Below, piece by piece: positions 38,990 to 53,113 of a stretch of DNA of 64,000 bases. The stretch spans positions 13,109,316 through 13,173,315 of the forward strand of contig NC_068996.1 in NCBI RefSeq assembly GCF_001194135.2, written 5' to 3'. The stretch's first letter is position 1, and the number at the start of each line of letters is the position of its first letter. Source of the DNA: Octopus bimaculoides (lineage: Eukaryota). The notes under the pieces were generated by a model. It saw only the letters and a list, made by a program, of their open reading frames with translations. It was not told where the DNA came from and did not search any database. The position numbers were made by a program, and so were the translations under genes.

Positions 38990-41447
38990 AAGTGAGGGAG
39001 AATGTTTAATATTTAATATAACTTTTTAGCTGTTGCATCTCAAGTATTCGTTGTGTAAGCTTTGGCCTGTATACATGAAATATCAAAGAGCAGTATTGCA
39101 GAGACAGGCTCTCAGAGACGAAAGGACTTGGTCTGGTCCACACGGTGTTTTTTAAAGTTTGGTTATTGTATACATAAACATTCGCATGTAAATTACTTTA
39201 ACGTCAGAATGAAATATATCTGGTGGTTAAATAAACAATACATAAAACTAAATTTAATTTTCAAATATTGGACACGTGTTAATTTGAAACACTACGGCTT
39301 TCATCAACTATTGATTCACCCAAATTCAGTGTTTTAAGTTCTTTTTATCTTTGTCATCTGCTTATAACTGGTGTGTAACCGATTTACAATGAAAGGTGCA
39401 ACCTGCGTGCTAAGCCTAATTTTAGGTGCTTCGTTTTTCTATTAGTTTCCTGAAATTTAAGTTTGTAACCGTTTAGTAGCAGGAACATATCTTGAACAAG
39501 AATGTATTTAAAGTATAATAACCTGTATATTTTTGTTTGCACTTATTGTATAGTGTGTTGTATACCTTCGAATTTGCACTTAAGTTCCTTATTCCCTTGT
39601 CTTTTTTTAAATGTTAAACGTAATTTGACAATAACGTGGGGGATAGTTTTGCTCCTGTATCTGAATGATTAAGTCTGTTGTGAATATCAAACTTGGAATG
39701 AACTTTTGATAACCCATATGTCAGATGAATGCTTAGAAACGCATCTGCTGGAATGAATGTGGTTAATAATTGCGGAGGGGTGGTTAAAACCTTTATTGCT
39801 CATTCGTTTGGCTTACGATGTGAATAATGTTTAGTTGTCATCAGGTTTAGTGTTATGTCTATTTTAGTGTTATACTATTTTTAGTCCATTACTTCTCGTA
39901 ACTTTTAGATTAAATGTTCTGATTATACTAAAACGTTTTCCTGACTTTGTCCATATCGCACCCGTTCTTATTATGAGATATAATACGTCCATCATGTCTA
40001 TCAGGTTTCTTATTGAGGGCTTTGTTATTCTATGTCCGTTTTTGTTATTCTATGTCTGATAGTTTCGCGCCCACAGATACCTATAAAAAGCTTATTTCTT
40101 TGTTTCGTAACACTGAAAGCTTTATCACTAATTATAACATCCATATATTCATTATTGTATAAAGACTAATTTGCGTTGTGGTGGCGTACATTTTACCGAA
40201 TTAGAGATATTACAGAGTATCATCCATCTATTTCAGGACAAAATAAATGAGTGGTACTTCACACTATGGAACTAGATAAATCTACAGCTAGTCTATTTAT
40301 TGCTAGTAGTAAACGATTTCATACTAGTGCTGCTAAAATTATATTGACTTAAGTTTGTTATTGAACTAACTTCTATATTTATGGAATTTAATATGTTTTT
40401 ATTGACTAGACCCAGTTTGCTTTACACTGGATTAATTAGATACGCATGGAATTCGCTATAAAATTACTCTATAATCCTTTATAGATAAATATATATAGCA
40501 GCAAGAAATGCACAGTTGATTTTATTTCTTAAATACTATATTGACGTTATTGAGTTAAATATTGCAAAGAGAAATTTCTCTGCAATATGTTTGAACATTA
40601 ATGGTTTATGAATTTTATTTTGTAGATTTAGTATTCAGAAGTCTTCTTCGTAGACGTTTAGTTAGGAAGAAGTATTTTTTGCTGCATGTACGGAGGCATT
40701 CAGGAGAATCTATTTTAGCTGTGTAGGTAAGCTATTCGGCTTGTCATTTATTAGGTTCTATATGTTTAGACTAGATTTTAAGCCTCATTGTATCTATTTC
40801 TTATCTTTTGGATGTTTGCTTCGTGAGGATTTCTGTTTGCTTCGTAACTTCAACTTATAATTAAGTTTTATTGACACAGCTTTTATTTTCTCATTCGCCT
40901 AGTGTAAACATTTTGTGGGGAATGTGATATTTTTCACCGAATGGATTGACTATGATTCAAAAACTACACACTGCTATTCAGCATTATCTTCATACTGTGC
41001 TCATTTGGTGGGGTTCAAACTAGGTTGCTCTGAGTTTTCACGCTTAACGGCTCTTCTGACGGCAAAAATCAAAACATAAAAGATGAGCAGCAAATTTAAG
41101 ATCGCGTAAAAATGTATATGTCCTACTGGCTTAACACTTCCACGAGTGATTAACAGGCTAATTAAGCGTAATTCAGTAGGAAGAATTTGGGAGTACCACA
41201 TGGAATATAAAAGTAAAAAAAAAAAATACTAAAAAAGAAAAGAACCCAGCTGAGTTTGTATGATAATCTAAATAATTTGAAATTAAATAAAATTTAAGTA
41301 AATGAAGGGAAACGCCATGCACCTGTTCAAGAAACATCAATTTGATGGAAGGAGCGAGCTGAAGTACAGCACATATATTTCATCATTATAAACAAATCAT
41401 TTGTGCAGGTCGTTCGGTTTGCTTCGAAGGAGTCCATCACCCCCTTC

Positions 41448-41544
<97 letters not shown>

Positions 41545-41805
41545 GAATATAGAAACGAAAACCTGAGGTATATAAATGTAAGATCTAATCACCTGCCTTC
41601 TTTATTTATTAGTCTGCATAATTCTCTCTTTCTTATATTCTGACTGTTAGAAAGAACAGAAATTTATAACCAAACGAACACTTTTAGTATTTTTTGTATA
41701 ATCATTTATATTCTTATTTTGACTTTATTTCTTTATCCTTTATCTATGTATTTAGTATTTTCATTGTAAGAGTATCTTATCTCTCCTTGAATCTATGGTT
41801 TTCAG

Positions 41806-41885
41806 ATCTGTCTGTGAACTATTGTAATGGAACAATGAATGGAATGCCGCATTTCACCTGTGGAGGTGCATTCCACACCAGAGAT
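41806..41885 (+). other. Candidate 80-bp internal coding exon of an unidentified host gene
   Basis: Pyrimidine-rich acceptor ...ggttttcag, donor GAT|gtaaga, GC-richer than flanks, open frame (D)LSVNYCNGTMNGMPHFTCGGAFHTRD with the first stop just past the donor. Confidence 0.35.
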
Positions 41886-42042
41886 GTAAGATAACTGTTC
41901 AATTGCACAACAACTCACCTATGAAGTAAATGTGAGAAAATGCTTCGAAACGATCGTAGTGGTTTTGAATCTCGTTAATTCCGTTTTCTGTCATTTATAT
42001 ATTGTATATACACACGCGCGCGCATGTGTGCATGTATGTATT

Positions 42043-42092
<50 letters not shown>

Positions 42093-42189
42093 TACACACA
42101 CACACACAAATATATATATACATGCACACACACACACATATGTACATGTATAAATACACGCACACACACATAGAGATTAATGCAGAAGT

Positions 42190-42271
42190 TATTTGCCAAG
42201 GTACTACGCAGTGGGACTGAACTGGGAACAATGTGTTTGGGAAGCAAACTTCTTACCATACAGCCATGCCT
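42190..42271 (-). mobile_element. SINE family B, 5' head
   Basis: Reverse complement of gcatggctgtatggtaagaagtttgcttccc...ccagttcagtcccactgcgtagtaccttggc. Confidence 0.8.
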
Positions 42272-42358
42272 GCACCCACCCACCCACCTACCTACCTACC
42301 TATCTGCCTTCCTGCCTACAACAAACATATACACACACATATATGTATATATGTGTGT

Positions 42359-42393
<35 letters not shown>

Positions 42394-45300
42394 CTCTCTA
42401 TATAATATACTTATGTATTTATGCATGTATATACTGCAGAATGTGTCTGAGGACTTCCACTTAATCTGTGCCCAATTACTTTAAATAAAATTATCTCTCG
42501 TATTCGTGCTTACGCTTATGCCATTAATGCCAGTGGCTGCAACACCAGTTGACATTTGATCTCTAATCTTTAACCTTATATCTGTATCAAATTTAATTTT
42601 CCTTGCGAACTTACCGTACCCTGATTGCACCCGCTGTGTGTTTCCCTAATTAATGCACTCAGCTTTACTGTGTAGCTTTAATTAATTAATTGATTCAATT
42701 AATCCTTCTAAAAACTTTAATAATTTAAGTCTTCACTCTTATAATGGCCACACGCTACGTTATCTTCTTTTCAATTACCAGTATTTCACTTTCAGTTATA
42801 ATTAATTTGTATCTTAGTAAACCTATAAATTAGCTCCTTCACTATGTTTAATATTATTTAATCTGCAACATTTTCCTCAATTATACATTTATCTCCCATT
42901 TGTATTTTATGTTTTATTATTTTCCGTTAATTATGTTCTGCAACAATTTGCGAATTCTCCTCCTTGTCCCATCCACCTATATTTATTGTTAAATCATGTT
43001 GTAAAGCGAATAGGTTGCTAATAATTCCACTTTATACAGAATTGTGCTTCACTCTTGTATCGATAGCAGTATATGATAGAATTGTGAAGAAGCGGAGCTA
43101 CGTGCAGACATTTAGAGTAATGATATGCCACCGTCCGAAAAAAATTTATAACACTAAAAGTATATTTTTCATAGTAAAATATATAGTGGTCAAAACAGAT
43201 AAAAACATTCCATACTGATACACATACTCCTCGTCTTTAAAGGAAAGCTATATTTAATACAAATGTTCTGGATTTACGAAACATAAAAAATAAACAAAAC
43301 ATACGGGAAAATACTGGAAAAGTCATACTGAAACGCTTTTTGATTATTATAGACCTTGCTAATCAACTCTAATCTGGAGCTGAACAACGACGATGATGAC
43401 GACAGCAAAGGCAACAATCGCCGGTTGAGAATTCCTTTGCCTTCCAAGTCACAGTCTTTGAGACGTTGAGAAAGATCATGGGAACTGTAAAGTCCCTCGA
43501 CGGCAACAAAAGTATCATTAACAATAACAATAAAAAAAAACCAATGACAACAATTATGACAACGATAACGATTTGTGATTCGTATTCCAATACAAATGGT
43601 ATTACCAACCACACTTTATCTAAGCTACCAAAATACGTTGTATTAGAAATAGGTACCAACAATGGTGGTGGGAAGGTCCGAAAACAGTATAGTAAAAAAC
43701 AACCTAATTTCATTAAACAGCCACAATATGCAATCACAGCAACACCTTACTCTTCAAATTCATGGACAAGTTAACTACTTATATTCCCCATAAAATCTGC
43801 CTCCCTATCTGAGACAGTTCAACACATTAGATAATGTGGTCCCAGATGCACAATGATCAAGTGACAAATTAGCAGAGTCATTAGCATCGGATACAATGCT
43901 TTAGAAAACAATTTTTACCGATAGAAGCAGTAGTAATACCAAGAAGTAGTATTTTTCCCCACTAGTGGATGTTGTGTTAGAACACAAAATACTAAGAGAC
44001 CCTCACATATAGACCTCTGAAGAAATATAAGCACTATTATTTATATTGCTAGCGGGAGATAAATCACCCACCATTGTCACCGCCACCACTACCAGTTCAT
44101 GTGATTTCAATCTTCCCTGGTCTTATGCTTTCCGAGTTCAAATCCTGCAGAAGTCAGCTTTGCATCTCATCCTTCAGAAGCTGATAAAATAAAGTTCCAG
44201 TCTTTCATAAGGTTAAGTTCTTTCTTCTTTGTCTATCTCTCCCCCACCTCTTCCTTTCTCCTTATAGAAACTACATTACTTTGTGTGAGGACCTTGGTGA
44301 ACCATTTATGGCGACTCTTTCTTCAAAATAGAGATGAGTTGAGCGATATACTGACATAATCTTCTCATAGAAAAACCCTATATGCTATTGGAAACGTCCA
44401 AAGAATGACAGATGTGCAGTTCCGTATGAAGGAGAAATAAATAAAAATTATAAAAAGGAAGATGCCGAAAGTTATTGTCATATAAAGAAGTGACTGTCAT
44501 AGCTGGAACGTCTTTGATCTACGTGGCCATTCAGTTAGGGCTGATCTAAAGTAAAGCAGAGACTTTAAAAAATCCCAAACAAAATCAATAACAAGTGATA
44601 TTTAATTGATTCGATTTATTTTACATTCATATTGATCTTAATGAATTAAATATTAGAACGAGTTTCTTCAAGAAGATTAAAGATTAATACTTAATGCATT
44701 TTATTTAGTATATTTACAATTTATTCAAAATGGTACTCCGTAGATGTTGAGTTATGAAGAATTATTCTAAAGGAATATCATTAAATCTGCTAACATCTTT
44801 ATTGATATTTTGATGCCAATGTAAATTACATTTGAGCGCTTCAATCTTTCTTTTCTATGGTTCTATGACTGGAGATTCGGATAGTTATTGTAACACTCCG
44901 ACTCACACTAGATATTTTTCAATAGTTCAAAATTACAAATAGGATTCGTAGGATGATGGATTCTTTTTATTCACAACATGTACCGTTACCTTAAGAAATA
45001 CACTGAACATTTAAAACACACGCATACACACATACATACATATATATATAATATATATATATATANNNNNNNNNNNNNNNNNNNNNNNNNNNNNNNNNNN
45101 NNNNNNNNNNNNNNNNNNNNNNNNNNNNNNNNNNNNNNNNNNNNNNNNNNNNNNNNNNNNNNNNNNNNNNNNNNNNNNNNNNNNNNNNNNNNNNNNNNNN
45201 NNNNNNNNNNNNNNNNNNNNNNNNNNNNNNNNNNNNNNNNNNNNNNNNNNNNNNNNNNNNNNNNNNNNNNNNNNNNNNNNNNNNNNNNNNNNNNNNNNNN

Positions 45301-46564
45301 NNNNNNNNNNNNNNNNNNNNNNNNNNNNNNNNNNNNNNNNNNNNNNNNNNNNNNNNNNNNNNNNNNNNNNNNNNNNNNNNNNNNNNNNNNNNNNNNNNNN
45401 NNNNNNNNNNNNNNNNNNNNNNNNNNNNNNNNNNNNNNNNNNNNNNNNNNNNNNNNNNNNNNNNNNNNNNNNNNNNNNNNNNNNNNNNNNNNNNNNNNNN
45501 NNNNNNNNNNNNNNNNNNNNNNNNNNNNNNNNNNNNNNNNNNNNNNNNNNNNNNNNNNNNNNNNNNNNNNNNNNNNNNNNNNNNNNNNNNNNNNNNNNNN
45601 NNNNNNNNNNNNNNNNNNNNNNNNNNNNNNNNNNNNNNNNNNNNNNNNNNNNNNNNNNNNNNNNNNNNNNNNNNNNNNNNNNNNNNNNNNNNNNNNNNNN
45701 NNNNNNNNNNNNNNNNNNNNNNNNNNNNNNNNNNNNNNNNNNNNNNNNNNNNNNNNNNNNNNNNNNNNNNNNNNNNNNNNNNNNNNNNNNNNNNNNNNNN
45801 NNNNNNNNNNNNNNNNNNNNNNNNNNNNNNNNNNNNNNNNNNNNNNNNNNNNNNNNNNNNNNNNNNNNNNNNNNNNNNNNNNNNNNNNNNNNNNNNNNNN
45901 NNNNNNNNNNNNNNNNNNNNATATATATATATGGTAAGGAGACCTGATTCACATTTTATTCCACCTCCCCACATACTACAAGAAACACCTATATTATTCC
46001 GCTAGGTGAATACTCTCATGAATCTACATAAGATTTTTGAATTACATTTCCAAATGGTTTCGTTGACAGAAATACCACGTATCTTTCTAAAACCGGTGTC
46101 ATAATTTATTTCTTATTATTTAACGCAACTAGATATTATAGTATTTTGAAGAACGCCATAAACCTGTGGCAACCTGTAAGGAGAAATAAACCGTGTGGAA
46201 TTATAATGGTAAATCTCTCAATATTCGCTGAAACAGTCAGATTGAAGAATAGCATTCATGAATTTACGCGACATTCTCAAAAGTAAGACTGCTTTATGCT
46301 CGTAGTAAACAGTAGTAAAGAAAACATGTGAACCCACCATCCAGTTAGTATAGCATGAACTATAGAAGCAACGATTACCTAATTGCGCGATCTACAAGAA
46401 ATGGTAGTCAAATCTTTCTCAAATCGAGGTCCACATAAACATAGGAGGGCGCACGTATATTTTTAAAAAGTAAACGGCTAATTAACTGATGAACTCAATT
46501 ACGGAAGTACAGACGCATTTACGTACTCACTTATTCAAACACTCACAATCTCCTGCATTCACAC

Positions 46565-46596
<32 letters not shown>

Positions 46597-47269
46597 TTAC
46601 ACACACACACACTTACACACACACACACACACACAACAACTCATTAACACACTCTATCCTATACACCCTTATTCACTCACTGACCTAACTCTGTCACTCG
46701 TGCTAAAAATAGCAGTCAAACATTTCTCAAACTAATACCGTAGCATAATAGAACATATTAGATAATGAAGTCTTAAATGAATAGAGAAATAAATGAATAA
46801 ATAAAGGCAGTAGGGATGGTCACATGATCGCAGCTGGAATTTCTTTGATCACGGGTATGTTCGATCACCAATGACTTTAAGCTGAAAGTATCACCACCGC
46901 CGCCCACGACGCTGACACCACGCCTTCACCACAAATAGCAGCAGCAGCAACAGTAACAGCAGCAACAGTAGTAGCAACAAGTATTATTTTAGTAATTCAG
47001 TTCCAGATTTTACAATTCTTACTGGAAAAAAAAACACAAAAAAAACAAAAAAACAAACAAGAAAACCGAAAAGCAAAATGAAAGAAAACAATATTAAAAC
47101 ACAAATAGTTAAGCAAGAGTCGAGATAACGTGTGAAGCCAGAAATTTTAATTAATCAAAACTCAATTACTGTTGAGGAGAGGCAAGTACTGGGGTCAGCT
47201 GATTCAAAGCAAGAAATAAAGACAGAAAGAAAGAAGGAAAGAAATAAGGAGAGAAAGAGAGAGATAGAC

Positions 47270-47410
47270 CCACCTTAGTATTTGATGGAACTATATTTTA
47301 TCGAAATAAAGGATGAAAGGCAACGTTGACCTCTGCAGGATTTGAACTCAGAACTTAAAGGGCTTGAAGAAATACTGCAAAGCATTTTGTCCAGCGCTTT
47401 AACGATTGTA
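47270..47410 (-). mobile_element. SINE family A, diverged
   Basis: Reverse complement includes gctggacaaaatgctttgcagtatttc...ttctgagttcaaatcctgcagaggtcaacgttgcctttcatcc. Confidence 0.7.
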
Positions 47411-48719
47411 AATCGATCGATTTCCGCCCGCCCGCTAGCCCTCTACCTTACACACACAAACACACAGAGACATGCACTTGTGTGCATATGATTTACAAAA
47501 GCGAGAAAAAGAATCCCAATCATACGCTTGTGTATGCATGCAAAATAATTTATTACATTTCTCGCTTCATACTATTTGTTTTTTGTTTTTACTGTGGCAC
47601 ATACCAAGGAATTTACAGAGGAATCGAATGAAACTTTTCGATGTCCAATCCTATTAAAACGATTTAGCAGCATAAGAAAACTAATGCAGCTTCAACGGGG
47701 AGTAATAACAATCTTGTGGATCCATTTCGGAGTACTAGTACTTCACTTATTTTATATTTCGTATTCTTAAAGTACAACGACTTAATAATTATATGCGTGC
47801 GTTACCTTAGGAAATGCATTAAGCCTATAAATTTTAATTAATTAAAACTGCACCATTAGTGCTGTGAGCAATCATTACACACACGACTGATTCCAGCACA
47901 AAAAGCAAAGGAGCCTAAGCTGGAATTTTATTATATTTAATTAAAATTAATTAATTATGAAAACCTGTAGAGAGTGAGTCAAATGTTTAGCAGTGCAGTG
48001 ACTGGTTACGTTTCGGCTTTATTAGACCTCCTCAATAACGCGGCGTCTAAACCTCAATTGATAAATGTTAAAGTGGCCAGAAAATATAAGTATTTTCAGA
48101 ATTAACAGTAAAGATAACTTCATAGTTAAAAAAAATTGATTGAGAAAAATTTCTGACTGGTGCCCACCACTCAAAACGTAGTAAAGTGGGATCTAACATT
48201 CCTGATATATGAGGGTGAGAAACTTATTTATTAAAATCACACTTTTAGTGTTAACAATTTTCTAAATGACTAAACCCAATAAAGAAAAAGGCATGGGAGA
48301 AAATATTGGTATTTTTATTAATTAAAATTAATATATACCGACTACAATTCTTACCAGCTCACCTGTCAATCTTTCCTAATTTTCCCATAATACTCAGTAT
48401 CAAAATATCACCAAAATAAAAATATTCAAAAGGAAATAAATATTTTAATTTTAAAAGATGGCCCTCATTATATATTAGAAAACTCGTAAACCCTTAATAA
48501 TTTTGTAGCTGAAGCATCAACAAATTTTCTATATAACACATATAATGTAGAGTCATATTAGACAGTATAAATACCAATCCGAGATGAATAAATAACTAAT
48601 GTCCAGTACACACCACATACAATTGGTGCTTAAATATTTTAAATATACTTTTACATTGAATATGTTTTACGGTTAATTCATTCATAAAATGCTTTTCTAA
48701 TTTATTTTCTCACTTGTGA

Positions 48720-49250
48720 AATTAACTTTCAATGACTCGATGCCAGTTGTTTCTCCACGTATGCAGCATTCTTTCAGCTTAAATTCAACCCCTCTAATCT
48801 TCATATTTCTTGAATGAGAAGCGTTTCTTTTCGGGTGGTGCCCATGTTAACGTTACCCTCTGTATCGCGTCCTGTTCACTTCAATTTGGCCATCTAAACC
48901 GGTGACGCCTTATTTCAAAGACCTTGTTATTGCAACCTGCTAAGCGATATTGCTCCTCACTTCATACATTGAGACTAGATGAATCGGTAGATTTTATTTG
49001 GGCTGTTTCCACCTAAAATTGCTGACACCAGATGGTACAGAACGAAGGGATATCTTTGTTAAATCTAAAGTGATTTTGCCGCTTCCAATCATCGTAAACC
49101 CTTGTCTATGTCTATTGTTTATATTAAGGAGGACTGGTTCTATAAACGTTTAGATTTTGGCCTACGGGTTCGTAATCAGATGCGAAATTACAACTGTTCC
49201 GTCGGAATTCCAATATATTTGTTACTTGACCTGTCATAGATTTAAGTTTA
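48720..49250 (-). mobile_element. RTE-clade LINE, decayed 3' fragment
   Basis: Minus strand EIRRHRFRW...QRVTLTWAPPEKKR...HTWR..WHRVIES resembles the RTE C-terminus; multiple stops. Confidence 0.45.
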
Positions 49251-49871
49251 TGACTATTTTCAGTATAAGTTTACGCTGCACGAATGACTTTTATTTATTT
49301 AAGTTTCTTGCGACAAAAGATAGAATTAGGAAAGTGTTTCTAATTCATTGTCCAGCACAATATATTTTATGAACAAACAAATGAAAGCCTGTCTGTATGA
49401 CCTGGTCTTCACAGACTTGCTTATTTAGAACACGATATTAGTGATTAATTACTTCAACTCTTAGTGAAGAAATAGTGTCTATTAAATTATAAATAAAAAA
49501 CGACGTGAAAACCTTTACCCCTTTAGAATCAGACTTGCGTGGTTTTGGCACACCTCACATGATGTGTGAATAACTTGTCTGAAGGATTCTGGTCACTGGT
49601 TTCTTGTTGAGAGATAATTAAATTTGATTCATTAAAATGATTGATAACTTAATAATTTCACATTACTTATATCTTTAGAAAATTTATTGAAAAGCAACCA
49701 ATTTTAGTAATATAAGAGAATCTTGAAAAATTATTAATGTCGCAGTAAGTTGCCAATCTTCAGCAAAATAAGCTACAGACTTGGACCAACAATTAGAAAA
49801 ACAACAAAAGGGTCACTGACATGAATTTTTAACTTCTGCTGAAAAATATGAATCCGAAGAGTGTCGTCTCA

Positions 49872-49945
49872 CAATGTTAGGGTCTAAAAAATATGCGGGC
49901 AATAAAGAGGCCAGGGAAGTTCTCCAACAGACTACTTTTTCCCCC

Positions 49946-50004
<59 letters not shown>
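49872..50004 (+). repeat. ~80-bp interspersed unit abutting (CT)n, copy 1
   Basis: acaatgttagggtctaaaaaatatgcgggcaataaagaggccagggaagttctccaacagactacttttt-cccccaa-(CT)n; near-identical to 57331-57412. Confidence 0.9.
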
Positions 50005-50555
50005 NNNNNNNNNNNNNNNNNNNNNNNNNNNNNNNNNNNNNNNNNNNNNNNNNNNNNNNNNNNNNNNNNNNNNNNNNNNNNNNNNNNNNNNNNNNNNNNN
50101 NNNNNNNNNNNNNNNNNNNNNNNNNNNNNNNNNNNNNNNNNNNNNNNNNNNNNNNNNNNNNNNNNNNNNNNNNNNNNNNNNNNNNNNNNNNNNNNNNNNN
50201 NNNNNNNNNNNNNNNNNNNNNNNNNNNNNNNNNNNNNNNNNNNNNNNNNNNNNNNNNNNNNNNNNNNNNNNNNNNNNNNNNNNNNNNNNNNNNNNNNNNN
50301 NNNNNNNNNNNNNNNNNNNNNNNNNNNNNNNNNNNNNNNNNNNNNNNNNNNNNNNNNNNNNNNNNNNNNNNNNNNNNNNNNNNNNNNNNNNNNNNNNNNN
50401 NNNNNNNNNNNNNNNNNNNNNNNNNNNNNNNNNNNNNNNNNNNNNNNNNNNNNNNNNNNNNNNNNNNNNNNNNNNNNNNNNNNNNNNNNNNNNNNNNNNN
50501 NNNNNNNNNNNNNNNNNNNNNNNNNNNNNNNNNNNNNNNNNNNNNNNNNNNNNNN

Positions 50556-50736
50556 GAAAGGCCTGGGTTGTACCCGAACCTTCCGAGTTCTTTTGCGAGT
50601 CTTTGAAAAACTAAAGGGCCGGTGTAATAAGCGTGTGTATCTGAGAGGGGAATATGCTGTATAAAATCATAATTAATTGATCCTCCTGTATTTTCTTTTA
50701 CCCAAAACCAGGAATTTAGCAGCACTCACTCGTGTA
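50556..50736 (+). mobile_element. Mariner 3' fragment including the right TIR
   Basis: KAWVVPEPSEFF...EKLKGRCNKRVYLRG, homologous to 20800-20950; ends aaaaccaggaatttagcagcactcactcgtg-ta, a mariner-like TIR followed by TA. Confidence 0.7.
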
Positions 50737-50926
50737 TATGTGTGTGTATGTAAGTTTGTATAGAAACTAATGAAAGACAGCAAAGTTTTAGTTCTCTAAG
50801 CTGAAACAAACTATCTGCAACTGGCTCCATTTTGAAAAAGGACACTATACTCTTCTTATCGATTCTACTACATTGTATAACTCTTGCCGTCGCAGACCAA
50901 CACCAGCCATTTTGGAATCTGTTTGA

Positions 50927-50978
<52 letters not shown>

Positions 50979-51034
50979 NNNNNNNNNNNNNNNNNNNNNN
51001 NNNNNNNNNNNNNNNNNNNNNNNNNNNNNNNNNN

Positions 51035-51079
<45 letters not shown>

Positions 51080-51354
51080 ATTGTCTAAAACAGTGGGCAG
51101 TGTTAAGATTACAGTTGTCGTTCGACTTCGTGTCAACTCTAATCAGGGAGGCCTATTTTCAAAACCATTCTAGCCAATGCAAAACTGTCTTGGTGAGGGC
51201 GTGGTGGGAGAAAAGACCTAGGATAGCATTAGCAAAAATGGCATTATCAGTGAAAAGTGGCGGGGTTCAGTTTGAGCGAGATTTGGCTGCTATATCTAAC
51301 ATGTCGCATAACCATGTTACTACGTTATCAAACTTTCAACGGTTTCAAGATAGC

Positions 51355-51467
51355 CATATTACTAATTGAGAAACACATTACTAATTGATGGACATATTGC
51401 TAATTGACAGACATATTACTAATTGAGAGACATATCGCTAATTGATACACTTACTGCTAATTGGATA
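51355..51467 (+). repeat. 19-bp minisatellite (catattactaattgagaga) x6
   Basis: Six diverged units starting at 51355, 51374, 51393, 51412, 51431 and 51450. Confidence 0.9.
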
Positions 51468-51859
51468 AGATTGTACTATTTGGCAAAGAATTTGTCCATT
51501 AGAAGGTCTTTCACTAAAGTAAATGTCGTCTGTGACATGGCAGTGGACTTTGACTGCGTATAATACCTATTCTCAGAGCCACTAGAAAAAGGAGCATATA
51601 TATACAGGGCCAGTCAAGCAAAGAGCTAGAAATAATTCCCAAAAGTTCCTTATCTTGTGGTTTTGAAAAACGAGAACAATATTTAAGAAAGTATAGTCTT
51701 TTCCAAGACCCACGATGACGTTTGAATGCTTCTATCATGAGAGTGTTTTCGTTGTATGAAAGGCAGCAGCAATTCAAACTGCAAGTTTCCCTTTTACGAT
51801 ATTGATAGTATATGGGTAGAAGGCAAAGATCAACACAGTCGGGCGCTTGCCGTCGGAGA

Positions 51860-52070
51860 CGAACTCAGGACGCAAAGATCTGCAGCAAATACGACAAAAC
51901 ATTTTGTCCAACGTTATAAAGATTCTACCATCCCACCAGGCGACTGGTATTTTATTTTATCAGGCCAAGTGGAATGAAAGGCAACGATAACTTGGAGTGG
52001 AATTTGAACTCAGAATGCAAAGAGCCGGAATAAATATCAGGAGGTATTTTGTTCGGTCCAAGCGACTATT
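51860..52070 (-). mobile_element. Two adjacent diverged SINE family A pieces
   Basis: gaactcaggacgcaaag...cattttgtcc (51864-51930) and ctggtattttattttatc...gaaaggcaacga...atttgaactcagaa (51942-52070). Confidence 0.55.
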
Positions 52071-52475
52071 GGTGATTCATCACATTAATCTAAGCTTCAC
52101 AATAATTAAACATCTGCAACTAAGATGCCGTCGGTCATAGATATCCCACATTATCCACCAGTTGCTAAATAACAGGGACTGTAACGACAAGAAAGCCTGA
52201 TTAAAAAAAATATGCGACTGGTAGAACACTGCATATGAAACAATGTTAATAGTAAATCCAGGAATGAGCGTTTTGAGTGTTGGTAAGTTCGTTGTCTTAA
52301 GCTGTGAGAAAATGCTTGCGTCTGGAACAAGTCTCCCCCACCTCCAAGAAGATGTATATGATATCAGTTAACGGTATCATACAGACAAATTATTCACACA
52401 TCATATGAAGTGTACTAGCAACATATATATATAGGATTCTAAAGATTTTTTAAAACACATTTCGTATGTGTGTTT

Positions 52476-52565
<90 letters not shown>

Positions 52566-52976
52566 TAATAATAACAATACCCTTCGATAGAATTCATAAA
52601 CATTTCATGCATCACTAAGCGCGTTTCCGCAATTTACATGTCACTTAAGATCACAGTTTGTATTCGTGGGATGATTACAGTGTATTCCGTACTATCCGTG
52701 GTCCCTGGATAAATCATCTTCATAGATTCATTTCTTCAGGCGATAGCACATTAATGGATGTTTAACAGAGGGACGTTTATCCCTTTCGATCAGTGTGTTA
52801 CGTGTGTACTTTTGTGGGCATTTGATGGGGAGGGAGGAGGGAAGATGATGGAAAGAGAGAGAACTGAATGGTAGTTATATGAGGACGGAGGTATGTACGG
52901 AAACGCACGTAGCGATGCATTAGACTTTCATAAATTCCATCGAAGGGTATTGTTAATATTACTACACACACACACA

Positions 52977-53029
<53 letters not shown>

Positions 53030-53113
53030 ATATACGAACGGGCTCCTTTCAGTTTCCATCTACCAAATCCACTCACAAGGCTTTGGTGAGGCCGAGGCTA
53101 TGGCAGAAGACAC
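53030..53113 (-). mobile_element. SINE family B fragment, truncated by the N gap
   Basis: Reverse complement of gtgtcttctgccatagcctcggcctcaccaaagccttgtgagtggatttggtagatggaaactgaaagg. Confidence 0.8.

Noticed and set aside
39000-41200. Possible very old PLE on the minus strand (K*MDDTL near 40220)
   Set aside because: Only one degenerate motif is readable; too weak to annotate without a profile search.
43274-43774. Overlapping 100-120 aa ORFs
   Set aside because: Low-complexity, partly AAC/AAT-derived, no recognisable domain, and no consistent splice sites.
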